Virus record (IMG/VR): IMGVR_UViG_2563366912_000002
DNA length: 46,405 nt
Origin: a virus
Taxonomy: Duplodnaviria > Heunggongvirae > Uroviricota > Caudoviricetes
Direction: 5' to 3' (one strand)
Shown here: positions 10,560 to 20,254 of the stretch, piece after piece
Position numbering within the stretch: the first letter of the stretch is position 1
Layout: every line of letters starts with the position of its first letter
Program-made: the position numbers and the translations under genes
Notes under the pieces: generated by a model
What the model was told of the DNA's origin: nothing
What the model saw: the letters and a program-made list of their open reading frames with translations, nothing else
Databases searched by the model: none

Positions 10560-11489
10560 ATGGCAAACACTGCTGAGATATTCAATTTTCCAGTGCCGGA
10601 TGTGGCACAAAAGGAGCGGCGCGTGGCAGATCTCGACGATGGTTATACGCGCATTGCAAATGAGTTGCTGGAAGCTGTGATGCTGGCCGGATTAACACAG
10701 CACCAGCTTCTGGTCTTCCTGGCTGTCATGCGCAAAACATATGGCTTTAATAAAAGACTGGATTGGGTGAGCAACGAGCAACTTTCCGAATTGACCGGGA
10801 TATTGCCGCACAAGTGTTCTGCTGCAAAAAGCGTTCTGGTAAAGCGTGGGATTCTTATTCAGAGCGGGCGAAATATCGGCATTAATAATGTGGTCAGTGA
10901 ATGGTCAACATTACCCGAATCAGGTAAGAAAAATAAAGTTTACCTGAAAGAGGTAAATTTACCTGAATCAGGTAAGAAAAGTTTACCCAAATCAGGTAAA
11001 GGCGTTTACCCGAATCAGGTAAACACAAAAGACAAACTAACAAAAGACAATATAAAACCTTTTTCGTCCGAGAATTCTGGCGAATCCTCTGACCAGCCAG
11101 AAAACGACCTTCCTGTGGTGAAACCGGATGCTGCAATTCAGAGTGGCAGCAAGTGGGGGACAGCAGAAGACCTGACCGCCGCAGAGTGGATGTTTGACAT
11201 GGTGAAGACCATCGCGCCCTCAGCCAGAAAACCGAATTTTGCAGGGTGGGCTAACGATATCCGCCTGATGCGTGAACGTGACGGACGTAACCACCGCGAC
11301 ATGTGCGTGCTGTTCCGCTGGGCATGCCAGGACAACTTCTGGTCCGGTAACGTGCTGAGTCCGGCCAAACTCCGCGACAAGTGGACCCAACTCGAAATCA
11401 ACCGTAACAAGCAACAGGCTGGCGTGACAACCGGAAAATCAAAACTCGACCTGACAAACACTGACTGGATTTACGGGGTGGATTTATGA
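10560..11489 (+). CDS. O: Replication initiator O (lambda O-like N-terminal iteron-binding domain)
   Basis: MANTAEIFNFPVP…RRVADLDDGYTRIANELLEA…LAVMRKTYGFNK aligns with the lambda O N-terminus; SD GGAGG 4-5 nt upstream of ATG 10560; iterons inside the gene. Confidence 0.85.
   Translation: MANTAEIFNFPVPDVAQKERRVADLDDGYTRIANELLEAVMLAGLTQHQLLVFLAVMRKTYGFNKRLDWVSNEQLSELTGILPHKCSAAKSVLVKRGILIQSGRNIGINNVVSEWSTLPESGKKNKVYLKEVNLPESGKKSLPKSGKGVYPNQVNTKDKLTKDNIKPFSSENSGESSDQPENDLPVVKPDAAIQSGSKWGTAEDLTAAEWMFDMVKTIAPSARKPNFAGWANDIRLMRERDGRNHRDMCVLFRWACQDNFWSGNVLSPAKLRDKWTQLEINRNKQQAGVTTGKSKLDLTNTDWIYGVDL
10911..11066 (+). repeat. Origin of replication: four to five 18-19-bp iterons (TTTACCYGAATCAGGTAAR) followed by an AT-rich segment
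   Basis: Copies at ~10911, 10958, 10982 and 11004 plus a degenerate copy at ~10939; each is internally palindromic; followed by ACAAAAGACAAACTAACAAAAGACAATATAAAACC. Confidence 0.7.
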
Positions 11490-12187
11490 AAAACATCGCC
11501 GCACAGATGGTTAACTTTGACCGTGAGCAGATGCGCCGGATCGCCAACAACATGCCGGAACAGTACGACGAAAAGCCGCAGGTACAGCAGGTAGCGCAGA
11601 TCATCAACGGTGTGTTCAGCCAGTTACTGGCAACTTTCCCGGCGAGCCTGGCTAACCGTGACCAGAATGAACTGAACGAAATCCGCCGCCAGTGGGTGCT
11701 GGCTTTTCGGGAAAACGGGATCACCACAATGGAACAGGTTAACGCTGGAATGCGCGTAGCCCGTCGGCAGAATCGACCATTCCTGCCATCACCCGGGCAG
11801 TTTGTCGCCTGGTGCCGGGAAGAAGCATCCGTTACCGCCGGGCTGCCAAACGCCAGCGAGCTGGTTGATATGGTTTACGAGTATTGCCGGAAGCGCGGGC
11901 TGTATCCGGATGCAGAGTCTTATCCGTGGAAATCAAACGCGCACTACTGGCTGGTTACCAACCTGTATCAGAACATGCGGGCCAATGCGTTGACTGACGC
12001 GGAATTACGGCGCAAGGCTGCCGATGAACTGTCCTGTATGTCCGCACGAATTAACCGTGGTGAGGCTATACCTGAACCAGTAAAACAACTTCCTGTCATG
12101 GGCGGTAGACCTCTAAATCGTGCACAGGCTCTGGCGAAGATCGCAGAAATCAAAGCTAAGTTCGGACTGAAAGGAGCAAGAGCATGA
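11486..12187 (+). CDS. P: Replication protein P (DnaB helicase loader), 233 aa
   Basis: Near-identical to lambda P as recalled (MKNIAAQMVNFDREQMRRIANNMPEQYDEKPQVQQVAQIINGVF…). Confidence 0.95.
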   Translation: MKNIAAQMVNFDREQMRRIANNMPEQYDEKPQVQQVAQIINGVFSQLLATFPASLANRDQNELNEIRRQWVLAFRENGITTMEQVNAGMRVARRQNRPFLPSPGQFVAWCREEASVTAGLPNASELVDMVYEYCRKRGLYPDAESYPWKSNAHYWLVTNLYQNMRANALTDAELRRKAADELSCMSARINRGEAIPEPVKQLPVMGGRPLNRAQALAKIAEIKAKFGLKGARA

Positions 12188-12295
12188 AAGACAACTGTGT
12201 TAAGTTCTCGTTAACATTAGGGGTAACATAGGGAGTATAAGATAGTGGAATGCATCATTTTATTGTTGCGAAAATGATCGAACCAGCTGGATATC

Positions 12296-14278
12296 GTGTA
12301 TCATATGGAACCGATGATAACTTTCATGGAATGTCTCGGTATATATATGAAAATTAGACCACAGCAGCACCTAATTAACATCCTGACTTCAACCAAACAA
12401 CATCATCCAAATTTTACTCTTTTTCTTGGTGCAGGTGCTAGTATCTCAAGTGGTGTTGATAGTGCTGGTGGGATGATAAGGCGCTGGAGAGATGCTTACA
12501 CTCTAATGTATGGAGAAGATGCTCTCAAAAAACAAGTTTGGTACGATAAAGATAATGAGTATTCAGAGCTTTTTGAAGCATTATATGATCAACCAACTCA
12601 AAGAAGAGAATTTATTGAAAGTTGTATTACCGCAGCTAAACCATCTTGGGGATACGTTTATCTCACAAATCTATTGGATAAAGGCCATTTTAATACAATT
12701 TTTACGACTAACTTCGATGATTTAGTCAATGAAGCTTGCTTTACCTTTTCTAATAATCTGAGACCAATAGTGTGTGCCCACGATTCAAGTATCAACAGCA
12801 TACGTTTAACCACAGCTCGGCCAAAAATAATAAAATTACATGGTGATTTTTTATTTGACAATATCAAGAATACTATAAGGGAGCTTGAGTCACTTGAAGA
12901 TAACATGAGGGCCAAATTTAGACAGTTTGCAACTGAATTTGGCATGATCGTTATTGGGTACTCGGGACACGACCGTTCAATTATGGATACTCTCAATACG
13001 TTATTGCATTCCGGTAGTTGTTTTCCTCATGGGATTTATTGGTGTATCCGTGACTCAGACACTGAAAAACTTTCTGAGCAACTTAAAAATCTGGCCCGCT
13101 TTCCTCATTTTCATCTTATTAAAATTAATGGATTTGATGAGTTCATGGCTGAATTACATTACGCATTAGGCTGTAATTTGCAGCAAGAGGTAGTAGAGCC
13201 ATACTCTGCATTATCTAATAAACTAGATAGATATTTCTCTATAGCTGAAGAAGATGACGCAGATGTCCAGCATGAGATTATTAAAAGAGATATGAATAAT
13301 CTTGCTGATCATGTCAGGAGAGTGAATACAGTAAGCCAGTTTGTAAAAAAAATAAAAGTACTTCTTTCAGAGAAAGACTCATCGTTAGATGATAATTCGA
13401 TCACTAAATCTTTAGAAATAATGTTAAAGGAAACTAAATTTGCTGGTTCTCCTGAGGGGATTCATTTTTATAATACCCCCAATTATTTGATTGCAAACTC
13501 TGCATTTCGTGCTGGAGAGTATAATGAATGTGTAGAATATGCTACTAAACATCTGGCTAATGGGAAATCTCTCGAAACAGAAGTATTAATACTTCGTTCC
13601 TATATTCATTTGGATAATGATTCTGAAATACAAAAGTCAATAGAAAGAATAACAAGTTATCACAAAATGAATGATGGTGAAGTTGGCAAGCTTGTAAATG
13701 GATTAGTGGACTTAATGGATGCTAAAAAATTCAAAATTGCGAATAGCCTTATGGACATACTTGAATCCCGAACAATACCGTCTAAACATAAGCAGTTATT
13801 GCTTATAAATAGAGTTCTTTGCAACAAATTACAAAAGCAGCCGCTTTCAGCAAAACAGCAACAAGAGCTTGAGGAAGTGCTGAATGAAGTGATAGATAAA
13901 AACGAAGCTTGGCTTGCTCTGGGGGCTGCTATACTTTTAGAAAAATGGGACATTGCTGAAGAAGTGCTATCAGCATTAGATGAAACTGAGATAGTTACAA
14001 TATTGACGCAATCAATGCCGATTTTTGACTTGATTTCTACAGAGTTTTATGAAAAGGTCAAGCTAGTAGCTATAGAGCGTGGTTATAACGTTTCATTCGA
14101 AGAAGAAACGGAGTTACCAGAGGTTGTTCCTGCTGAGGATGAGACTCAAAGTCTCAGTCCTGATGTGAGAGAAATACCTACAGATAAAAAGAAAGCCATA
14201 ACTCACAAATCAGCAGACAATGATGAGGCATTTGATGGATTACGCACTGGCGAAGAAAGTATAAGCAAACCAGCTTAA
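12296..14278 (+). CDS. SIR2-domain protein (about 640-660 aa): N-terminal sirtuin-like NADase fold plus C-terminal helical domain; candidate anti-phage defence effector
   Basis: Rossmann motif FLGAGASISSG, TTNFDDLVNEA (catalytic Asn) and KLHGDF (catalytic His) as in SIR2_2-type defence proteins; C-terminal ~380 aa helical with acidic tail; strongly AT-rich. True start uncertain (ATGs at 12305, 12314, 12326, 12347, none with a strong SD). Confidence 0.8.
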   Translation: MYHMEPMITFMECLGIYMKIRPQQHLINILTSTKQHHPNFTLFLGAGASISSGVDSAGGMIRRWRDAYTLMYGEDALKKQVWYDKDNEYSELFEALYDQPTQRREFIESCITAAKPSWGYVYLTNLLDKGHFNTIFTTNFDDLVNEACFTFSNNLRPIVCAHDSSINSIRLTTARPKIIKLHGDFLFDNIKNTIRELESLEDNMRAKFRQFATEFGMIVIGYSGHDRSIMDTLNTLLHSGSCFPHGIYWCIRDSDTEKLSEQLKNLARFPHFHLIKINGFDEFMAELHYALGCNLQQEVVEPYSALSNKLDRYFSIAEEDDADVQHEIIKRDMNNLADHVRRVNTVSQFVKKIKVLLSEKDSSLDDNSITKSLEIMLKETKFAGSPEGIHFYNTPNYLIANSAFRAGEYNECVEYATKHLANGKSLETEVLILRSYIHLDNDSEIQKSIERITSYHKMNDGEVGKLVNGLVDLMDAKKFKIANSLMDILESRTIPSKHKQLLLINRVLCNKLQKQPLSAKQQQELEEVLNEVIDKNEAWLALGAAILLEKWDIAEEVLSALDETEIVTILTQSMPIFDLISTEFYEKVKLVAIERGYNVSFEEETELPEVVPAEDETQSLSPDVREIPTDKKKAITHKSADNDEAFDGLRTGEESISKPA

Positions 14279-14314
14279 TAATTGAACAGTGATTAACTGA
14301 GAGTGAAGGGGCTT

Positions 14315-14398
14315 ATGAAGCAGAAAAATATCAACAACCAAAGCAGAATTTCTGAAGAAAGTAAGAAAAAAATCAAGGAAATGCTTAAAAAACAATAA
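14315..14398 (+). CDS. Possible small Lys-rich peptide ORF (27 aa) just downstream of the SIR2 gene
   Basis: ATG 14315 preceded by AAGGGG SD at ~5 nt; MKQKNINNQSRISEESKKKIKEMLKKQ; followed immediately by a terminator. Could be chance. Confidence 0.2.
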   Translation: MKQKNINNQSRISEESKKKIKEMLKKQ

Positions 14399-14401
14399 AT
14401 T

Positions 14402-14426
14402 AAAAGACCCCGCAAGGGGTCTTTTA
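14402..14426 (+). terminator. Strong Rho-independent terminator closing the SIR2 island
   Basis: AAAAGACCCCGCAAGGGGTCTTTT: perfect 6-bp GC stem, 4-nt loop, T-run; A-run upstream makes it potentially bidirectional. Confidence 0.7.
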
Positions 14427-15009
14427 ATAACTATTGGCCAGTTTTTAATGAAATCATGCTTAATACAATGTGATTTTTTTCACTTGTCGTAGTGCCGATC
14501 TGATTGCCATCGTCACAGGTACTCAGTAGCGAAAAAATACGTCTACTGGGTACCAATTATCCTCAATGAGAAGTGCAGCGCGCTCCAATAAAAAGGTGAT
14601 TCACCGACAGCGAACTTTGTACACTCGCTTGGTTATGGCGAGCAGGTGATGCTAACCGCCTGCCAGAATGTCACTCCACTTCCTCAAGTATCTGAGCGAC
14701 GTGAAGCCGGTGGCTTGACTTACATCGAGCAAAAATATTTCCTGGCTCACAATAGGGTGCGAGCAATCGATTCAGAACGGTATTAGAGCTGCTAATGATC
14801 CTTCATATTGCGCCTAAATCCACAAAATTGATTTTCAATAATCAACCTGCCATAATCATCTCATCGGAGCCTGAACAACTCCGGTGACTTCTGCGCTAAA
14901 CGGGGACGTTTATGCGCACACACAATCCAAACTCACTTCTCCCGTCACAGATGCAGAAATGCACCTGCAATTCTTTGCATCTAACGTTTGACCTCTGCGG
15001 AGGTGAAGC

Positions 15010-15465
15010 GTGAACCTCTCACAAGACGGCATCAAATTACATCGCGGCAACTTCACCGCTATCGGCCAGCAGATCCAGCCTTATCTGGAGGAAGGCAAAT
15101 GCTTTCGCATGGTGCTTAAACCGTGGCGAGAGAGACGCAGTCTTTCCCAGAATGCACTCAGCCACATGTGGTACAGCGAAATCAGTGAATACCTCATCAG
15201 CAGGGGGAAATCGTTCGCTACCGCAGCATGGGTAAAAGATGCTCTCAAACACACATACCTCGGTTATGAAACCAAGGACCTGGTTGATGTCGTAACCGGC
15301 GAAATCACTACTATCCAGTCGTTACGCCATACCTCCGATCTTGATACCGGAGAGATGTATGTCTTCCTGTGTAAGGTTGAAGCCTGGGCGATGAATATTG
15401 GCTGTCACCTGACTATTCCACAGAGCTGCGAGTTCCAGCTGCTGCGCGACAAGCAGGAGGCGTAA
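15010..15465 (+). CDS. ybcN: NinB/YbcN-family protein (151 aa)
   Basis: GTG start with SD GGAGGTG; [18 protein letters not shown] motif matches the NinB (Orf) family; length matches DLP12 ybcN. Confidence 0.75.
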   Translation: MNLSQDGIKLHRGNFTAIGQQIQPYLEEGKCFRMVLKPWRERRSLSQNALSHMWYSEISEYLISRGKSFATAAWVKDALKHTYLGYETKDLVDVVTGEITTIQSLRHTSDLDTGEMYVFLCKVEAWAMNIGCHLTIPQSCEFQLLRDKQEA

Positions 15466-15635
15466 TGGCTACACCGCTTATTCGTGTCATGAACGGACAC
15501 ATCTACAAAGTACCAAATCGTCGTAAGCGTAAACCTGAGCTGAAGCCATCCGAAATACCAACACTGCTCGGATATACCGCCAGCCTGGTTGATAAAAAAT
15601 GGTTGCGACTGGCAGCAAGGAGGAATCATGGCTGA
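15465..15635 (+). CDS. ninE: NinE-like small protein (56 aa)
   Basis: ORF read by eye (below the 60-aa track cutoff): [56 protein letters not shown]; TAATG overlap with the ybcN stop and stop overlapping the ybcO start. Confidence 0.55.
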   Translation: MATPLIRVMNGHIYKVPNRRKRKPELKPSEIPTLLGYTASLVDKKWLRLAARRNHG

Positions 15636-15918
15636 TTTGAGAAAAGCAGCGCGTGGTCGGGAATGCCAGGTAAGAATCCCTGGCGTATGTAATGGCAACC
15701 CTGAAACGTCTGTACTGGCATATATCCGGCTGGCTGGATTGTGCGGCACCGGTATTAAACCGCCAGACCTGATTGCCACCATTGCATGTTCTGCCTGCCA
15801 CGACGAAATCGATCGCCGCACGCATTTTGTCGATGCTGAGTACGCAAAAGAATGCGCGCTGGAAGGTATGGCGAGAACGCAGGTTATCTGGCTGAAAGAG
15901 GGGGTAATCAAGGCGTGA
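15628..15918 (+). CDS. ybcO: YbcO-like protein (DUF1364), 96 aa
   Basis: [31 protein letters not shown]…[13 protein letters not shown]; SD AGGAGG upstream of ATG 15628. Confidence 0.7.
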   Translation: MADLRKAARGRECQVRIPGVCNGNPETSVLAYIRLAGLCGTGIKPPDLIATIACSACHDEIDRRTHFVDAEYAKECALEGMARTQVIWLKEGVIKA

Positions 15919-16277
15919 ATACTTACCACATCACATTACCCTGGCCTCCGAGCAATAATCGCTATTACCGCCATAATCGCGGGCGCACGCACATCAGCGC
16001 AGAGGGGCAGGCATACCGCGATAACGTCGCCCGAATCATTAAAAACGCAATGCTGGATATCGGCCTGGCTATTCCTGTGAAAATCCGCATTGAGTGCCAC
16101 ATGCCGGATCGCCGTCGCCGTGACCTGGATAATCTGCAAAAAGCCGCTTTTGACGCACTCACTAAAGCAGGTTTCTGGCTGGATGATGCTCAGGTCGTTG
16201 ATTACCGCGTTGTGAAGATGCCTGTTACCAAAGGTGGGAGGCTGGAACTGACCATCACCGAAATGGGGAATGAATGA
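15915..16277 (+). CDS. rusA: RusA Holliday-junction resolvase (120 aa)
   Basis: [40 protein letters not shown]… with acidic catalytic residues; GTG start overlapping the ybcO stop. Confidence 0.85.
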   Translation: MNTYHITLPWPPSNNRYYRHNRGRTHISAEGQAYRDNVARIIKNAMLDIGLAIPVKIRIECHMPDRRRRDLDNLQKAAFDALTKAGFWLDDAQVVDYRVVKMPVTKGGRLELTITEMGNE

Positions 16278-16414
16278 TGTTTGAGTTTTATATGGCAGAA
16301 CTTCTTCGCCACCGCTGGGGGCATCTGCGCTTATATCGTTTCCCCGGTTCTGTTTTGACCGATTACCGAATACTGAAGAATTACGCCAAAACCCTGACAG
16401 GAGCAGGAGTATGA
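16274..16414 (+). CDS. ylcG: YlcG-like small protein (46 aa)
   Basis: ORF read by eye: [46 protein letters not shown]; ATGA overlap with the rusA stop. Confidence 0.5.
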   Translation: MMFEFYMAELLRHRWGHLRLYRFPGSVLTDYRILKNYAKTLTGAGV

Positions 16415-16499
16415 AGTCAGAGATAACAATCAACTAATACTGTTTTGTTGATTTTTGCTTGTAATTGGCGTTCTGGTCTGATTTTTGTGGAGTAAGTTG

Positions 16500-16883
16500 A
16501 TGCGTGATATTCAGATGGTTCTTGAGCGTTGGGGAGCGTGGGCGGCTAATAATCATGAAGATGTGACCTGGTCGTCCATTGCCGCCGGTTTTAAGGGATT
16601 AATTACTTCAAAAGTAAAATCTCGCCCGCAATGTTGTGACGATGACGCGATGATTATTTGCGGGTGCATGGCCCGTCTGAAAAAGAACAACAGCGATTTG
16701 CACGATTTATTAGTAGATTATTATGTAGTCGGTATGACATTCATGTCACTGGCAGGTAAGCATTGCTGCTCTGATGGTTATATCGGGAAAAGGTTACAGA
16801 AGGCTGAGGGCATAATTGAAGGGATGTTAATGGCATTAGATATCCGGTTAGAGATGGATATCGTTGTTAATAACTCTAATTAA
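16500..16883 (+). CDS. quuD: Late-gene antiterminator Q (QuuD-type), 127 aa
   Basis: [34 protein letters not shown]… with Cys-rich zinc-binding region ([12 protein letters not shown]); SD GGAG 7 nt upstream. Confidence 0.85.
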   Translation: MRDIQMVLERWGAWAANNHEDVTWSSIAAGFKGLITSKVKSRPQCCDDDAMIICGCMARLKKNNSDLHDLLVDYYVVGMTFMSLAGKHCCSDGYIGKRLQKAEGIIEGMLMALDIRLEMDIVVNNSN

Positions 16884-17024
16884 TATGCCAATTGTTTACT
16901 AAAAATTATTAAAAATGGGGCGTTGAGACGCCCCCAAAAATAAAGGGTAATATATAACAGAAGGTTTATATAGTTAGAAGCAAGGTTGTGCTTCTAAAGG
17001 AAGTGGCTTGAGGGAGCCACTTAT
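16884..17024 (+). promoter_or_regulatory. Probable late promoter (PR'-like) and qut/pause region with several hairpins
   Basis: Position immediately after Q; TTGAGA…GGTAAT/TAATAT promoter-like elements; hairpins GGGGCGttgagaCGCCCC (16916..16934), AGAAGCAaggttgTGCTTCT (~16975..16994), AAGTGGCttgagggaGCCACTT (17003..17024). Exact -35/-10 not resolved. Confidence 0.35.
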
Positions 17025-17066
17025 ATGTTGGGGAGGCAACGCCTCCCGCAACATATCTTTTTCGTA
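17025..17066 (+). terminator. Rho-independent terminator (tR'-like) after the late promoter
   Basis: ATATGTTGGGGAGGCaaCGCCTCCCGCAACATAT long hairpin followed by CTTTTTCG. Confidence 0.55.
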
Positions 17067-17072
17067 ATCAGA

Positions 17073-18170
17073 TTAGAACTGGTAAACCAGACCTACAGCA
17101 ACGATGTCATCAGTGCTTACACCGAGTGCTTTAGTGAAGTCATTTTTGTCAAGCAGGTTGATTTTGTAATCAACGAAAGTAGACATATTTTTGTTGAAGT
17201 AATAGGTTGCACCTACATCAACATATTTGACTAAGTCCTGATCGCCCCATACTCCAAGATCTTTACCTTTAGATTGCAGGTAAGCAACGGACGGACGCAG
17301 ACCGAAATCGAACTGATATTGTGCAACAGCTTCGAAGTTTTGGGCTTTATTAGCAACGAAGTGATCAGCAAATACAGTCATATTCTGGGTTTCAGAATAG
17401 GTAGTGGCCAGGTAAATGTTGTTAGCGTCATATTTCAGACCTGCGGCCCAAACTTCTGCATTTTTACCGGAAGCAAATACTTCAGGAAGAACTTTCCCTG
17501 CATTAACTTGAGTGTCGGTACGATCAGATTTCGCATAAGTTGCACCGATACCGAATCCTTCGTATTCATAGGTAGCAGAGAAACCGAAGCCATCACCGTT
17601 ACCTTCAGTGTAGTTATCGAAATCGCTACGATCGTTTTTGCCTTGGTACTGAGCAGCAAAGTTCAGACCATCAACCAGACCAAAGAAGTCGTTGTTACGA
17701 TAGGTTGCAACACCAGTGGTGCGACCAGTCATGAACACATCTGTTTGGGTCCAGGTATCGCCACCGAATTCTGGCAGAACGTCAGTCCACGCACCGATGT
17801 CGTATGCTACACCGTAGTTACGGCCGTAATCGATTGAGCCGTAGTCACCGAATTTCAGGCCTGCAAATGCAAGACGGGTTTTGTCTTTGGAGGAACCTTG
17901 AGATTCAGCGCGGTTGCCTTTGAATTCATATTCCCACTGACCGAAACCAGTCAGTTGATCGTTGATTTGGGTTTCACCTTTGAAGCCAAGACGGGCATAA
18001 GTAGTATCACCATCATCTGCATCATTAGAGGAGAAGTAGTGCTTGGCATTAACTTTCCCGTACAGATCCAGCTTGTTACTGTCTTTATTATAAATTTCAG
18101 CTGCCTGAGCAGACATCGCCATCAGTACTGATGCAGCTACAGCAGAAATTGCCACTGTTAATTTTTTCAT
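17073..18170 (-). CDS. nmpC: Outer-membrane general porin NmpC/OmpD (OmpC/OmpF family), 365 aa, with signal peptide
   Basis: Signal peptide [23 protein letters not shown]; porin beta-barrel repeats and C-terminal …VAVGLVYQF; inserted antisense between Q and the lysis genes as in DLP12. Confidence 0.9.
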   Translation of the reverse strand: MKKLTVAISAVAASVLMAMSAQAAEIYNKDSNKLDLYGKVNAKHYFSSNDADDGDTTYARLGFKGETQINDQLTGFGQWEYEFKGNRAESQGSSKDKTRLAFAGLKFGDYGSIDYGRNYGVAYDIGAWTDVLPEFGGDTWTQTDVFMTGRTTGVATYRNNDFFGLVDGLNFAAQYQGKNDRSDFDNYTEGNGDGFGFSATYEYEGFGIGATYAKSDRTDTQVNAGKVLPEVFASGKNAEVWAAGLKYDANNIYLATTYSETQNMTVFADHFVANKAQNFEAVAQYQFDFGLRPSVAYLQSKGKDLGVWGDQDLVKYVDVGATYYFNKNMSTFVDYKINLLDKNDFTKALGVSTDDIVAVGLVYQF

Positions 18171-18758
18171 CGTGAGCCCTTTTTTTTGAACTATTATTAA
18201 AAAATGATGTCACTGCGCGATAAATATTCATCTAATCAATGTGATTATTTCAAGATGTAAGTTTTAGTTTCTCATTTAATTTGTGAAGTAGATCTCTATT
18301 TTTATCTGAACTTTTTCTATCGAAACCTATTTATGGCTCTTATTTGAACAAAAATAAACCTATTAGCTAATTTATATTAATGGTTGTTATTTATGGAGGT
18401 TCTATAATTCAGCAGTTTAATTTAAATCAACTAAAAATAACGTCTGAAATTATTTATTGGTTATTTGTTGAGGTTTTCTTATGTATTTGTGGTGGTGTTT
18501 TGAACACTCGGTAGCATTCTCATAAATATCATTCAGTGGTTTACGTACGTAAAAAATTGGTTATGCTGTTAAGAGTGGTTACTTCGTCACACAGCTTAAA
18601 CCCGCCGTCGAGCTGGTTTTTCCATTTTTTGAGTCTCGATATTAGCTGATAACTCAATACCTGAGTTATTCACTGACTCCGAGTCTGTTACGTTTCTGCT
18701 TTTTTGCGATACGTTGTATTCCCTCAATTTACACCCGCTTTGTCTGCGAGGTGGGGTT

Positions 18759-18974
18759 ATGAAATCCATGGATAAGTTAACAACGGGTGTCGCCTATGGC
18801 ACCTCAGCAGGTAGTGCCGGTTACTGGTTTTTACAGCTGCTCGATAAAGTCACGCCCTCACAGTGGGCAGCAATAGGTGTGCTGGGTAGCCTGGTATTTG
18901 GCCTGCTGACGTACCTGACAAACCTTTATTTCAAGATTAAAGAAGATAAGCGCAAGGCTGCGAGAGGTGAATAA
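18759..18974 (+). CDS. essD: Class II holin / pinholin (S21-like), 71 aa, with dual-start motif
   Basis: [11 protein letters not shown]… has two Met codons three codons apart (antiholin/holin pair) and two TM segments; SD GAGGTGGGG upstream. Confidence 0.8.
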
Positions 18975-19471
18975 TGCCTCCATCATTACGAAAAGCCGTT
19001 GCTGCTGCTATTGGTGGCGGAGCAATTGCTATAGCATCAGTGTTAATTACTGGCCCAAGTGGTAACGATGGTCTGGAAGGTGTCAGCTACATACCATACA
19101 AAGATATTGTTGGTGTATGGACTGTATGTCACGGGCATACAGGAAAAGACATCATGCTCGGTAAAACGTATACCAAAGCAGAATGCAAAGCCCTCCTGAA
19201 TAAAGACCTTGCCACGGTCGCCAGACAAATTAACCCGTACATCAAAGTCGATATACCGGAAACAATGCGCGGCGCTCTTTATTCATTCGTTTACAACGTG
19301 GGTGCTGGCAATTTCAGAACATCGACGCTTCTTCGCAAAATAAACCAGGGCGATATCAAAGGCGCATGTGATCAGCTACGTCGCTGGACATATGCTGGCG
19401 GTAAGCAATGGAAAGGTCTCATGACTCGTCGTGAGATTGAGCGTGAAATCTGTTTGTGGGGTCAGCAATGA
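18974..19471 (+). CDS. rrrD: SAR endolysin (lysozyme, R21-like), 165 aa
   Basis: N-terminal SAR segment [20 protein letters not shown] followed by a T4-lysozyme-type catalytic region; start overlaps holin stop. Confidence 0.85.
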   Translation: MPPSLRKAVAAAIGGGAIAIASVLITGPSGNDGLEGVSYIPYKDIVGVWTVCHGHTGKDIMLGKTYTKAECKALLNKDLATVARQINPYIKVDIPETMRGALYSFVYNVGAGNFRTSTLLRKINQGDIKGACDQLRRWTYAGGKQWKGLMTRREIEREICLWGQQ

Positions 19472-19929
19472 ACAGAGTAACCGCGATTATCTCCGCTCTG
19501 GTTATCTGCATCATCGTCGGCCTGTCATGGGCTGTTAATCATTACCGTGATAACGCCATTACCTACAAAGCCCAGCGCGACAAAAATGCCAGAGAACTGA
19601 AGCTGGCGAACGCGGCAATTACTGACATGCAGATGCGTCAGCGTGATGTTGCTGCGCTCGATGCAAAATACACGAAGGAGTTAGCTGATGCGAAAGCTGA
19701 AAATGATGCTCTGCGTGATGATGTTGCCGCTGGTCGTCGTCGGTTGCACATCAAAGCAGTCTGTCAGTCAGTGCGTGAAGCCACCACCGCCTCCGGCGTG
19801 GATAATGCAGCCTCCCCCCGACTGGCAGACACCGCTGAACGGGATTATTTCACCCTCAGAGAGAGGCTGATCACTATGCAAAAACAACTGGAAGGAGCCC
19901 AGAAGTATATTAATGAGCAGTGCAGATAG
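19468..19929 (+). CDS. rzpD: i-spanin Rz
   Basis: N-terminal TM helix ([16 protein letters not shown]) then coiled-coil periplasmic domain; start overlaps endolysin stop. Confidence 0.75.
   Translation: MNRVTAIISALVICIIVGLSWAVNHYRDNAITYKAQRDKNARELKLANAAITDMQMRQRDVAALDAKYTKELADAKAENDALRDDVAAGRRRLHIKAVCQSVREATTASGVDNAASPRLADTAERDYFTLRERLITMQKQLEGAQKYINEQCR
19688..19870 (+). CDS. rzoD: o-spanin Rz1 lipoprotein embedded in the +1 frame of Rz
   Basis: [20 protein letters not shown] lipobox followed by a Pro-rich segment (PPPPPAW…PPP), fully inside Rz. Confidence 0.7.
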   Translation: MRKLKMMLCVMMLPLVVVGCTSKQSVSQCVKPPPPPAWIMQPPPDWQTPLNGIISPSERG

Positions 19930-19960
19930 AGCTGCCCATATCGATGGGCAACTCATGCAA

Positions 19961-20254
19961 TTATTGTGAGCAATACACACGCGCTTCCAGCGGAGTATAA
20001 ATGCCTAAAGTAATAAAACCGAGCAATCCATTTACGAATGTTTGCTGGGTTTCTGTTTTAACAACATTTTCTGCGCCGCCACAAATTTTGGCTGCATCAA
20101 CAGTTTTCTCCTGTCCAATTCCCGAAACGAAGAAGTGATGGGTGATGGTTTCCTTTGGTGTTACTGCTGTCGGTTTGTTTCCAACAGTAAACGTCTGTTG
20201 AGCACATCCTGTAATAAGCATTGCCAGAGCGGCAGAAAACAACATTTTTTTCAT
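19961..20254 (-). CDS. bor: Bor lipoprotein (serum-resistance associated), 97 aa
   Basis: MKKMLFSAALAMLITGC lipobox then sequence matching lambda Bor as recalled. Confidence 0.85.
   Translation of the reverse strand: MKKMLFSAALAMLITGCAQQTFTVGNKPTAVTPKETITHHFFVSGIGQEKTVDAAKICGGAENVVKTETQQTFVNGLLGFITLGIYTPLEARVYCSQ

Noticed and set aside
15405-16433. Minus-strand ORFs (174, 165, 112 and 65 aa) antisense to ybcO/rusA/ylcG
   Set aside because: Antisense to a tightly coupled, conserved plus-strand operon; no independent support.
16500-18170. Possibility that this is a Shiga-toxin phage (stx expected immediately downstream of Q)
   Set aside because: The Q-to-holin interval contains only the promoter/terminator region and the antisense nmpC porin; no stxA/stxB-like ORFs are present.
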